NCBI GenBank assembly: GCA_951406725.2
Contig: OX597815.1
Location: 169,322,001-169,386,000, forward strand
Length of the DNA stretch: 64,000 nt
DNA from: Octopus vulgaris
Lineage: Eukaryota
Direction of reading: 5' to 3'
The notes under the pieces are model-generated. The model was not told where the DNA came from. It saw nothing but the letters and a program-made list of their open reading frames with translations, and ran no database searches. A program made the translations under genes and the position numbers. Shown piece by piece: positions 39,535-51,045 of this stretch; the first letter of the stretch is position 1; every line of letters starts with the position of its first letter.

Positions 39535-39930
39535 TGTTGTTAAAGACTTGTTGTTACTTTCTTTATTATCTTATTCAATCATTATTCAACCTCCTTTTTT
39601 ATTTCAAAAATCAATCATTTTACAATTTCTTTTTTAACAACCAATTTCACATGATATGGCACTCTTCTATTTTTTTATTATGTGAGGGGCTGGAATTAAC
39701 AAAATTAATGTTGGAACTCCTAGAAAATGAACTTTTATTCAGCAGACTGGTATTACGAGAAGATATAATTTGTGAAAGATTCTTTATGTTGGAGAAGGTA
39801 ACTCTAACTATATGAGAATTAATAATTGAATAATATCTAGAATTGTTTGGAAAGTTCTTACCAACCACTTCACGGAACTGCAAAGGAAGATTAGATTTAA
39901 TTTACACCGTTTATTCCTTTGGGATAAAAC
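39535..39930 (-). mobile_element. Inverted fragment of a Penelope-like (Naiad-type) element, RT-to-GIY-YIG linker
   Basis: KSNLPLQFREVVGKNFPNNSRYYSIINSHIVRVTFSNIKNLSQIISSRN resembles the TNIG..FL.LIDKHFP...KIFNRNTVKVSYS...N...II..HN motif. Confidence 0.6.
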
Positions 39931-40902
39931 CAATGTTGTCTTCGAAACATATGTCGAAAATAAAAGAATTTGAATAGCATCTGCATTCAACTCCATTTAT
40001 TTACTTATACTACACAAATTACTGCACATTAACCCGGAGTTTCTACCTTTGAATAGGTCGCTATATCCTTGTTATTTGCGTGAATTTTGCTACCCTGGTA
40101 ACTGTCTATTGAATTTTCCATGTTAATGGTAAACAAAGGATAATTCATTCAACCATTTACATATTCTTCAACAGATTATCTTATAACCGTTACCACAAAT
40201 GGAGTTGTTTAATATCAACGTTTCACTTAAGGATATTCCTATTTCCCCAAAAAATGCTTTCCTTAAGGAACTCATTAATAAGACGAATGCATTTATCAAC
40301 CGCATCAGATGGCTCACCTTCTTCGACAATAAGGACTTACAACAGACCAGTAATGACATTTCTTCTGAGTTTTAAAAAAATGATTTAAATCGAAGGGTAG
40401 CCCTCCACCTAACCCTAGATTGAAGCAATTCGAGGATGATGTATGGTCCATCGTGAAGAATATAAAATTTCACCGTTCACCCCTCAGGAACAAACATCTT
40501 AGATATCTTGACAACGTCTCTAAGGAAATCAATAACATAAATTTCATCCTTGTTCAATCTGATAAAACTGGAAACCTCTATAAGCTTACCAAGAGCCACT
40601 ATTTGGAACTGCTGGAAAAGGAGATCCATAAAAACTACAAGATCACCCGTATGACTACTCTCTGGCAGGCTAATCTAGAAGCTAAAGGAATTATGGAATC
40701 GTATGGATTACAGATGAAGACAGAACCATTGAATCCCAGGCAACCTCGGTTTATTTTAAAAGACTGCAAACAAAACTTTTATAATGATCCATCCTTACGG
40801 CTTATCTGTCCTTCCAGCGCAGACATCGGTAGACTTAGTAAATACATCTTAGATAAGTATTTCCCTACATGAATCAATAAATTAAAACTTAGCTTATGGT
40901 CT
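39931..40902 (+). mobile_element. Penelope-like retroelement (Naiad-type), 5' region and N-terminal ORF; continues at 46119-46215 after the LTR insertion
   Basis: NVSLKDIPI...LINKTNAFINRIRW.TFF, FEDD...IKF, SDKTGNLY, ILKDCKQNF...RLICPSSADIGRLSKYILD. Removing the LTR element and one TSD restores the frame into NSFQVVDWF...KFIQFDISNFY. Confidence 0.85.
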
Positions 40903-41380
40903 TGTAGTGACGTCATTTTCCAGTGTGTGCACACGCAATGTCATTCTTCAGTGTGCGTGTGCGGGGCTGGAACCTTCTGGAAAGGCCTAAGGAAGTTCCC
41001 TCATGCACGTGCACTAGAGACTGGGGAAGAAAATTCTATCGCGTTCCTTGTTAGCGTCGTTGACTTGAGACATGGCTATTGACGAGAAAGGACGTGTTAA
41101 ACGTGTGATCAGCCATTCTCCTGTCCCAGACGCTTAGAATTTGACCTGCTCTGTTGCTGCTGAATTTGTTGTAAGAATCTTACAAATGTTAAAATTTAGC
41201 CTTGCTATATCGAACCAAGTGGATACCAATATACCAACGTACTTCTTTTGTACATAAGAAAATAAAGAATATATATATTTTTAAGGTTGCGTTCTTGTTT
41301 TTGACTGGTAGATTCTGGAAATTAAAGAAAGGAAATTGGTTGCACCCAAACAGTGTAAAGAATTAACCAGTTCCATTACA
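40903..41380 (+). repeat. 5' LTR (478 bp) of the Gypsy element
   Basis: Its 3' half recurs at ~44005-44106 plus 45998-46114; contains AATAAA near 41260. Confidence 0.9.
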
Positions 41381-41381
41381 G

Positions 41382-41393
41382 TGGTGACCCCGA
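41382..41393 (+). promoter_or_regulatory. Primer-binding site complementary to the tRNA-Trp 3' end
   Basis: TGGTGACCCCGA one nt after the LTR end; eukaryotic tRNA-Trp ends ...UCGGGGUCACCA. Confidence 0.8.
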
Positions 41394-42291
41394 GTTCTGG
41401 TCATAGAACACTTAACTAAAATCTAGTTTCTACAGAGTCTGAACCAATTTGTCAACCACCATCACTGCCACAGTCTCATCATCTTTGCTTCAATTTTATC
41501 GTCATTTTGTCATAGACACAGAGCGTAGCCAAACATATTATGAAGACACTATTGTAAACCAACGACAGAAACTGCAAAGTAATAATTTTCGTCTTGAACA
41601 ACTGTATCAGGAATCGATCTGAGAAAATCATCGAGAGTTGTGAATCCAGTTTTTCTGACGTCGATATCTTCGTCTCAACATACACCAGCGACGCAGGACG
41701 TTTCCACCAACAACGCCTTTCTCTGCCGTCGCAATCACCATCGCCGTCCTTCAACTTCATGTTGTCTCCATCTCCAGCAACACTAATACGTACATAGCAC
41801 TCACTCAGGTTTAGCTTTCACGCTGTTGTGATTTTCACCGAGGTTAACAGCACAGCACTACCTGCGAGATCTGTACCAATGTAACCTGGCACAGCATTGA
41901 AGCCACACCCGCTACACGACATGTGTTCAACCGGCATCTGCACTTGTGATCCCAACATCCTATTACAGAACGAACTGCTATTATGTACTTTACTATGAAC
42001 TGGTAAAATAACTCTAACTTCATTAAAAAAAATTTTGTTTCAGACGCGACGAAGGTTGGTAAAAAAAAAAAAAAAAGAATTTTTATTCTCTGTGCATACA
42101 GTACAAAAAGAAAAGGAAAAAACATTTTTTTGGTAAAATTTACACGTAAAAAATATTTATTGGTTCAATTGTTGGTCTTGTTTTAATTTCTATTTCTTTC
42201 TGTTCTTTTTTCCATTTGCATCAGTTCAACTTTTTGTTGTCATTTCCCTTTCCTTTGACAGAGTCATCTATTTAAATTTAAGAAGAACAAC

Positions 42292-43010
42292 ATGTCTTTG
42301 GCATCATTACCCATTTTCAAGGTGATGCCACACTTTGGTTTGCACAACTAGAGGCATATTTTTGTGCACATAGTGTTTCTTCTGAGCAGCAGTTGCAAAT
42401 TCTTTATAGTTGTATGCCTCCTCAACTTGTAACTACTGCCAGAGATCTTATTACAGATCCTTCTCCAGATGCCACTTATGCGTCTGTTAAATTAGAAGTA
42501 GAATAAAGAAACACTAGAAGCCAGGAAAGTCGTTTCAATGAATTGATGGCGGATGAACAGTTGGGAGATAGGACGCCTTCTGAATTTCTGAGACGTTTAA
42601 GAGAGTTGAGCGGTAAATCTGCAGACGCTTCTCTGCTTCGGAAAATTTTTTTTTCAAGGTTACCCGCCTACATACAAACTGTTTTGGCAACTGCTTTAGA
42701 GTCCAATTCTGTGGACCAAATAGCAACCATGGCAGATAAGATGGTTGAATTTGCAGTGCGACTATCTTCACGTGCTACTTGTGTCTGCTCGGAAACTTCT
42801 GCAAACTCAATTGATGGACTTTCTAAACAAATAGAAAGTCTCACCAAAAGGATGGATGCGATGGCAAGCAATTTTCAAGATCGCGTAGTCGTGGCCGTTC
42901 ACCATCTCGTTCCACACAGTCAAAGTCCGGAGTGTGCTGGTATCACTCCAAGTTTGGAGAGAAAGCACATAAGTGCATAAAGCCATGCACCTATAAAGAT
43001 TTAAACTAGC
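42292..43010 (+). pseudogene. Disrupted Gypsy gag
   Basis: LWFAQLEAYF, LGDRTPSEFLRRLREL, FFSRLP, ATMADKM and CWYHSKFGEKAHKCIKPC zinc knuckle, with stop/frameshifts. Confidence 0.85.
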
Positions 43011-43020
43011 TTCGGAGGAG

Positions 43021-43977
43021 TTGAGCACGTCAACTTCCTCCACATCGTTTTCTAGTTATTGTGCATTTTTCGTTAAGGATCTAGTGTCGAAGAAATACTT
43101 CATGGTGGACACTGGTTCTTGTTGCAGCATTTGGCCTCTGCGTCTCACAACCGACAGGCCAAAACGATCTAATGTTACCTTGCACGCTATTGACTCGTCA
43201 CCAATAGCCACATTCGGTCAGATCTCTTTACACCTTGACATAAATCTTTGTCGAGATTTTCAGTGGGTTTTTGTCATTGCTGACATTCCGCATCCTATTT
43301 TGGGTGCAGATTTTCTAAATAACTTTGATCTATTGGTAGATGTTAGACATCGGAGGCTAGTCGACAGTTCGACTACACTCTCCACGCCGACCAGAGAATC
43401 TACCAATTCAGCTCTTAGCCCAACATTTTTTGTTGCTACTTCTGGAGATGTTTTTCATTCTCTTTTGGCTTCTTTTCCAGAGCTACTTGATATTACTTTT
43501 AAAATGGCAAAACCTGTACACTTAACACTCCATTTCATTACAACTACTGGTCCGCCTGTTTTTTTGCGCCCACGGTGTCTTGCACCTGACCGTCTTAAAA
43601 CAGCTAGGGCTGAGTTTGAGCATATGCTCCAGCTTGGTCTGATATGCCCATCCACCAGTCCATGGGCATCACCCCTTCATTTAGTTCGGAAAGGGGATAC
43701 AGATTTTCACCCGGTGGGAGATTATCGGCGTCTAAATTCTGTGACGATTCCGGACAGATATCCAATTAGGAATCTTAATGACTTTTCACCGAATCTTCAT
43801 ATCGTTGAACCTTCACATGCACCTTTGACAACACCACCATTTACACATGCACCTTTATCAACACCAACATTGGCAACATCACCGTCGTCGCAGCCCGCCT
43901 CGAACAAACCTTATGTTACGAGGTCAGGCAGAACTGTTCACTGGCCAAAGAAACTTTCAAAGACTATTTATATTTGA
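43021..43977 (+). pseudogene. Gypsy pro-pol remnant: aspartic protease + RT N-terminus fused to integrase C-terminal tail
   Basis: FMVDTGS, ILGADFL, SPWASPLHLVRK, GDYRRLNSVTIPDRYPI, then a jump to YVTRSGRTV; no YxDD, RNase H or DDE core. Confidence 0.88.
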
Positions 43978-44106
43978 CATTCTCAATTGTTTTCCCAGTG
44001 ACAGTTACTGCTGAATTTGTTGTAAGAATCTTACAAATGTTAAAATTTAGCCTTGCTATATCGAACCAAGTGGATACCAATATACCAACGTACTTTTTTT
44101 GTACAT

Positions 44107-45997
44107 CATCATCATCATCATCATCGTTTAGCGTCCGTTTTCCATGCTAGCATGGGTTGGACGGTTCTACTGGGGTCTGTGAAGCCAGAAGGCTTCATCA
44201 GGCCCAGTCAAATCTGGCAGTGTTTCTACGGCTGGATGACCTTCCTAACGCCAACCACTCCGTGAGTGTAGTGGGTGCTTTTTACGTGCCACCCGCACTG
44301 GTGCCAGACAGAGCTGGCAAACGGCCATGAACGGATGGTGCTTTTTATGTGCCACCGGCACGAGGGCCAGGCGAGGCTGGCAACGGACACGAAACGGGGC
44401 GGTGCTGGCAACGGTCGCGAAACGGAAAGTTCTCTTACATGCCACCGGCACTGGTAACACATCTGCAATTTCCATTGATCGATTTCGATTCTGATCCTCA
44501 CTTGCCTCAACGGGTCTTCACGCAGAGTCTGCCACCGGCACTGGTAGCACATCCGCAATTTCCATTGATCGATTTCGATTCTGATCCTCACTTGCCTCAA
44601 CACGTCTTCACAAGTAGAGTTTTGTGTCCCAAGAAGGGAAGGTATGCATACGTAGGCCGGCTCCATCCCATGTAGAAGGCCATGGGTTATGGACTCACTT
44701 GTCCTGCCGGGTCTTCTCGCGCACAGCACACTTCCAGAGGTCTCGGTCTCTAGTCATTTCCTCAGTGAGACCTAAAGTTCGAAGGTCGTGCTTCACCACC
44801 TCGTCCCAGGTTTTCCTGGGTCTGCCTCTTCCACAGGTTCCCTCAACCGCTAGGGTGTGGCACTTTTTCACACAACTATCTTCATCCATTCTCGCCACAT
44901 GACCATACCAGCGCAAACGTCTCTCTTGCACACCACAACTGATGCTTCTTAGGTCCAGCTTTTCTCTCAAGGTACTTACACTCTGCCGAGTGTGAGTACC
45001 GGCATTACACATCCATCGGAGCATACTGGCTTCATTTCTAGCGAGCTTACGCATATCCTCAGCAGTCACGGCCCATGTTTCACTGCCATGTAGCATGGCT
45101 GTTCGTACACACGCATCATACAGTCTGCCTTTCACTCTGTGCGAGAGGCCTTTTGTCACCAGCAGAGGTAAGAGCTCTCTGAACTTTGCCCAAGCTATTC
45201 TTACTCTAGCAGTTACACTTTCAGCACACCCGCCCCCGCTGCTGACTTGGTCACCTAGGTAACGGAAACTATCAACTATTTCTAGTTTTTCTCCCTGGAA
45301 AGTGACGGAAGTTGGTCTCAGAGCATTTTCAGTGTTTATTGTTCCTGAGCATCTGCCACATACAAAAACCATCTTCCTAGTTAGCCTTCCTTTGACATTG
45401 CTGCATCTCTTATGTGTCCATAGCTTACACTTGGTGCATCTTATAGAGTTTCTACCTACACCTTTTCTACAGATCGAGCAGGGCCATCTACCTGAAGGTG
45501 TTTGTGATTTGTCTACCTTCCTACTGATTACGACTTTGGTTTTAGCTAGATTGACTCTGAGGCCCTTCGATTCTAATCCTTGTTTCCACACCTGAAACTT
45601 CTCCTCCAGTTCTGATAGCGACTCAGCAATTAGAGCAAGGTCATCAGCATAGAGGAGCTCCCAAGGGCATCCTGTCTTGAATTCCTCCGTTATTGCCTGG
45701 AGGACTATGATAAATAGGAGGGGGCTGAGTACTGAGCCTTGGTGGACTCCTACCTCTACCCGGAATTCTTCACTGTACACATTTCCAACCCTCACCCTAC
45801 TAGCGGCGTCCCTATACATGGCCCGCACAGCTCTCACTAACCATTCATCTATCCCTAGTTTCCTCATTGCCCACCAGATAAGGGATCGGGGGACCCTGTC
45901 GAAGGCTTTCTCCATGTCAACAAAAGCCAGGTACAGGGGCTTATCTTTGGCTAGGTATTTCTCCTGCAGCTGCCTTACCAGGAATATAGCATCAGTA
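44107..45997 (-). mobile_element. 5'-truncated young RTE LINE inserted in the Gypsy 3' LTR
   Basis: (CAT)n tail; GTACAT duplicated at 44101-44106 and 45998-46003; LTR sequence resumes on both sides. Confidence 0.93.
44695..45997 (-). CDS. Uninterrupted RTE reverse transcriptase ORF fragment with embedded PHD finger
   Basis: FVDMEKAFDRVP, GVHQGSVLSPLLF, LLYADD (45640-45651), GLRVNLAKTK, C4HC3 finger (~45349-45486), FRYLG, LHGSETW, RLRWYGHV, RGRPRKTW. Confidence 0.9.
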
Positions 45998-46269
45998 GTA
46001 CATAAGAAAATAAAGAATATATATATTTTTAAGGTTGTGTTCTTTTTCTTGACTGGTAGATTCTGGAAATTGGTTGCACCCGAACAGTGTAAAGAATTAA
46101 CCAGTTCCATTACAGTCTAATTCTTTTCAAGTTGTAGATTGGTTTACTTCTATTACTAATAAGGTTAACACTAAATTTATTCAGTTTGATATATCTAACT
46201 TTTATTCATCATATTTAATTCATATATATCAATTTGTTTTCCCAAATTATATATATATATATATATATA

Positions 46270-46755
46270 CAAAATTTAAAGATTTAAAGGACTGACCACT
46301 AAAAGTGGACAGTCAATATGCTAGATATAGACGTCAAAATTACTATTTTCCATGAAGAATGTGTTCTCAAAAAAAACTCAGCAAAAAAACCAAAGTGTAA
46401 AAAGCAAGACAAATGAAAATATTAGGAATAAAAAACGATTACCTATGTACTAACCAGTTTCACTTGTTAATATTCACGTATCGGAGTGGTTGGCGTTAGG
46501 AAGGGCATCCAGCTGTAGAAACAATGCCAGATCTGACTGGCCTGGTGCAGCCTTCGGGCTCCCCAGACCCCAGTTGAACCGTCCAACCCATGCTAGCATG
46601 GAAAGCGGACGTTAAACGATGATGATGATGTACATGTGAACATCTGCAAGATCATCAGCATAGTCTGTCGTTTACAAACATAATTTACAGAACACTTGAC
46701 CGAAATTCCGCATGCATAGAGTTCAACAAATTATATTTATGTGTATCTTTCAAAT
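46270..46755 (-). mobile_element. Probable Penelope-like pseudo-LTR fragment (ORF end + hammerhead), split by an RTE tail
   Basis: Minus strand reads ...KYNLLNSMHAEFRSSVL*, then a hammerhead motif and T-rich sequence ending in (TA)n. Confidence 0.55.
46443..46663 (-). ncRNA. Type I hammerhead ribozyme motif interrupted in loop II
   Basis: Minus strand without the insert: CUAUG-CUGAUGA-uCUUG...AUGUUCAC/GUGAAUAU...CAAGu-GAAA-CUGGUUAG-UA-CAUAG. Stem I CUAUG/CAUAG is perfect; cleavage triplet GUA. Confidence 0.7.
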
Positions 46756-47012
46756 ACATGGTGATTGTCTTTTTCTGAGATCACAGAAAAAAAAAATACC
46801 AGAACAAATAGCTGCTTGAGCCAATGGAAATTATTTATCCATTCTTCCATTTTCCTTCTGTTTCATTTTTCTCTTTCTTTTGTCTGTGTAAAGATATATA
46901 TGTGTGTGTGTGTGTGTAATTTTTAATATTTGCTATTATGGATGAAATGCCACTAAGTGTTTTGCCCAGCGTACTAATGATTCTGCCAGCTTGCTGCCTT
47001 CATATATATATA

Positions 47013-48065
47013 TCATCATCATCATCGTTTAACATCCGCTTTCATTGTTAGCATGGGTTGGACAATTTGACTGAGGACTGGCGAACCAGATGGCTGCACC
47101 AGGCTCCAATCTGATCTGGCAGAGTTTCTACAGCTGGATGCTCTTCCTACCAACCACTGTTAAATGTAGTGGGTGCTTTTATGTGCCACCGGCACATGGG
47201 CCAGTCTTGCAGTACTGGCAACAGCACAGGAGCTAGTCCAGCGGCACTGGCAACGATCTCGCTGGAATGTTTTTTCACGTGCCAGTAAAGTGACGCAGGT
47301 AACGATCATGCTCGAATGGTGCTTTTTACATGCCAGCGGCACAGAAGCCAGACAGTTGCTCTGGCAGTGACTTCGCTCAGACGGTGCTCTTAGCACTCCA
47401 CTAGCACAGATGCCAGTCATCGAATTTGATTTCGATTTCACTTGCCTTAACAGGTCTTTGCAAGCAGAGTTTAGTGTCCAATGAAGGAAAGGTATGCATA
47501 AGTGGGCTGGTTGCACTCCTGGCATAGGCCACAAGATTATGGTCTCACTTGCCTTGCCGAGTCTTCTAAAGTACAGCATATTTCCAAAGGTCCTGGCCAC
47601 TAGTCATTGCCTCAGTGAGGCCCAATGTTTGAAGGTCATGCTTAACCACCTCATCCCAGGTCTTCTTGGGTCTACCTCTTCCGCTGTCTTACAGAAATAT
47701 AGCATCAGTGGTGCTTTTCCCTGGCACGAACCCAAACTGCATCTCATCTAAACTGACTCTCTCTAATTAGTTGGGCTATGACCCTCTCCGTGACCTTCAT
47801 TACCTGATCCAACAACTTGATACCTCAAATTATTTGTATCTAAAGCTTCACCTTTACCTTTATAGCAGTTGACTATTATGCTGCTACACCAGTCATTGGG
47901 TATGACTCCTTCGTGTATCACCTGGTTAACTATACAGGTAACTAGGCTATAGCTGACACTGCAAGATATTTTGAGCATCTCTGCAGTGATTCCTGATGGG
48001 CCAGGAGCTTTTCCTGTCTTCATACTCTTAATTGCTTTATCGACAAAGGTACTGTCAACACGGAT
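47013..48065 (-). mobile_element. Older, internally deleted RTE LINE
   Basis: (CAT)n tail, 3' UTR array, and KAIKSMKTGKAPGPSGITAEMLK...DWCSSIIVNCYKGKG...QFGFVPGKSTTDAIF. Confidence 0.85.
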
Positions 48066-50073
48066 ATATATACTAGCAGAGAGATACCTGGCCATGCTCT
48101 GGATTAAAATAGCATAGTTTAGTAAAGTGCATTAGAGAAGTGGTGCATTTTATTTCTCAAACATTTTCTATTCTGTATGATATATATATTTATATATATA
48201 TATTTGTGTGTCTGTGTTTGTCCCCACCACCATCACTTGACAACCAGTGCTGATGTGTTTATGTCCCTGTAACTTAGCGGTTCGACAAAATGTACTAATA
48301 GAATAAGTACTAGGCTTATAAAGAATAATGTCCTGGGGTCGATTTCTTTAACTAACACCCTTTAAGGCAGTGCTCTAGCATGGCCACAGTCAAGTGACTG
48401 AAACAAATAAAAGAAATATTTATATATACATACATCTTTATATATTTTATATGTAAATCATAATATGTTATACATTATATGTATATTCTTGCAATTGTCA
48501 TTTTAGTAAATAAATAAATAAATAAATTGACATAATGTCTAAAAGTTGATGAACCACGTATTGATCCCCTCCATTTTCTTTTTGCTTTATATACATACAT
48601 ATATGCACACATTTAGGTATATGTATGTGTCGTTATGTTTGTGTTTGTCTCCCACCACTGGGCAACCAGTGTTGGTTTGTTTATGTCCCCATACCTGAGC
48701 AATTTGGTAAATGAGACAGAATAAATGAAAGATGAAAAAATTAACGACAAACTATAATTATGGCCAAACTTTTATTAAAACAAATCAAAATAAAATCATT
48801 TATTAACCCATATGTTTTAAATACAATATAACAATGGAAACACAATAGAAAAATAACAACGGTTTCACATAAATTTTCGTTGAAAATTAAAGTATATTTC
48901 TAAATGACACAATATTTGAAGATTATGAAGAGATTTTAAAGTCTAAAATATTATACAATGACAAAAACGTAGAAGTGAAAAATTTGTTAAAAGTGACATC
49001 AGCGATGAAACAAGGCTAAAATTGGAAGATCATATTATTGGAAAGAAGAAATTTTGTCTACATTAGATATTTGAGGTGGGGTGACCGGAACATACTTTGG
49101 TAATAAACAAGGAGTGACGAGAGGATGGGGGTAGGAAAAAAACAAGGGATTAATTCGTTTATTAAATTTTATATTTTCAAAAAATTTAAAATTCTTTTAT
49201 TGATCGGATATATTTGTGTATGCATAATATATTTGTTGTATATATATATATATATATATATATAGCATGTATGTGTAAAAATGTGTGCAATCATAACTGA
49301 TACAGTGTGTATATATATATATATATAATATGTGGTATATATATATATACATATACATAGTCTTTCATGCATACATATTTGTACATATATGAATATGTAA
49401 TATATATTTCTGTATGTGTACATGTGTGTATGTGCATATATGTTATATATAATTCATTATATATGTATATGTGTGTGTATATATATGTATATATTATACA
49501 AAATATATAATCTAATTTAATATTTACATATATATATATATATATCTACCTTAGTATATAATATATAACATATATGCGTGTGTGTATATATTTAGAGATA
49601 CACACATACATTGTATATACATATATGTAATTTTTAGTATTTGCTATTATAAGAACTGGTTGATTCATTTCATTATTAGCAATTTCATAACTTTTGACTT
49701 CAAAACACCTGCTTTAAAACCAAACACTTATCTTCAGATACCTGAACGAAAAAGCTTCTGGACATCTGGGTAGCATCAACTGGATAATATGTTGCTCATA
49801 CATATTACATTGATGACATGTCTCATGATCGACATTGAACTTTCAACATGTTGTTTAGATGCCTGAAAACTGGTATCTGTTTTCTTTTTTTTTTTTAGTA
49901 GCTTTTCAAACCGGAAAATTTGCAACTCACAGTAAGCAGATGGATTAACAGTGTAATATAAATGCAAATATATAATTTACCTCTATAATTATTTATCATT
50001 TATATTTAGTGCTCTTCACCTTGGTTGATTTGATACAAAGAGTTTTATATAATTATGGATGTATTCATATATA

Positions 50074-50133
<60 letters not shown>

Positions 50134-51045
50134 CATGTGTGTGTATGTATATATGTAATATGCATAGATGTGTATGCATGTAAATATATGTGCCTGTGTA
50201 TACATATATCATTGTTCCCCCTAATCTGTTTGTGTCTGTGAGTATGTGCACACGCAAGTTTTGCAACGAATGCCAAATCGAAACTGATATGTGCACAAGA
50301 TGTTAATTAGTTAAATTCATGTTTTAATTAATAATTACATTTAGTGTGCACTTCTGTCACAATAAAATAAAGTTGCTCAATGTAAGAATTTTGTATACAG
50401 TGACTCTTCAAATTTAGAGGGAACACTGAATATATATTTATACACACACACACACATGCACACAAGGTATGCAGCCTTGTGGTTAGGGTGCTGTACTCAT
50501 GAATGTAAGATTGTAGTTTTGATTCTTAGACTGGTGGAGCAGTGTGTTAATGAGAAAAGACTGCCATTTCCACATTGCTCCAGTCCACTTAGCTGTAAAT
50601 GGGTAACTCTGTGATGGACTGGCATTCCATTCAGAGGGGATTTTGGCTTGCCTGCCCTTGCCACCAGGATGGTATCATTCCAAAGCCACAACTATGCGAG
50701 GAAATGCATTGTGACCAGTGGGGTATAATACCATCCATAGTCTGGTCAGTACAATGATATATGTATGTGTATGCATGTGTGTGTGTATATAAGTATATAC
50801 ATGCACACATATATATAGTTATATATATAATTGTATGCATATGTATATGTCTATACATATCTACATACATTTATATTTCCATGCATATATATATATAAAC
50901 ATATATATATATATATATGTACATGTGTGAATGTGTGTGTATATATATATATATATAAAACTTACATGGAAATGGATGCGTTGCGTTCAATTAAATAATA
51001 ATATAAATAATATATATATGTGTATGTACATATATATATATGCAT

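Larger units (their letters stand above)
40903..46114 (+). mobile_element. Internally deleted Ty3/Gypsy (Mag-like) LTR retrotransposon
   Basis: TGTA...TACA termini; 4-bp TSD GTCT (40899-40902 / 46115-46118); 5' LTR 40903-41380; partial 3' LTR ~44005-46114 split by an RTE. Confidence 0.93.

Noticed and set aside
40870-40872. In-frame TGA in the Naiad-type ORF as possible selenocysteine (some Naiads are reported to encode Sec)
   Set aside because: It falls at what appears to be a hydrophobic, non-Cys position in RT; the copy has other disablements and I see no SECIS. A TTA>TGA mutation is simpler.
39514-46300. HTD2 second cistron expected from vertebrate RPP14
   Set aside because: Interval is explained by retroelements; no dehydratase-like ORF.
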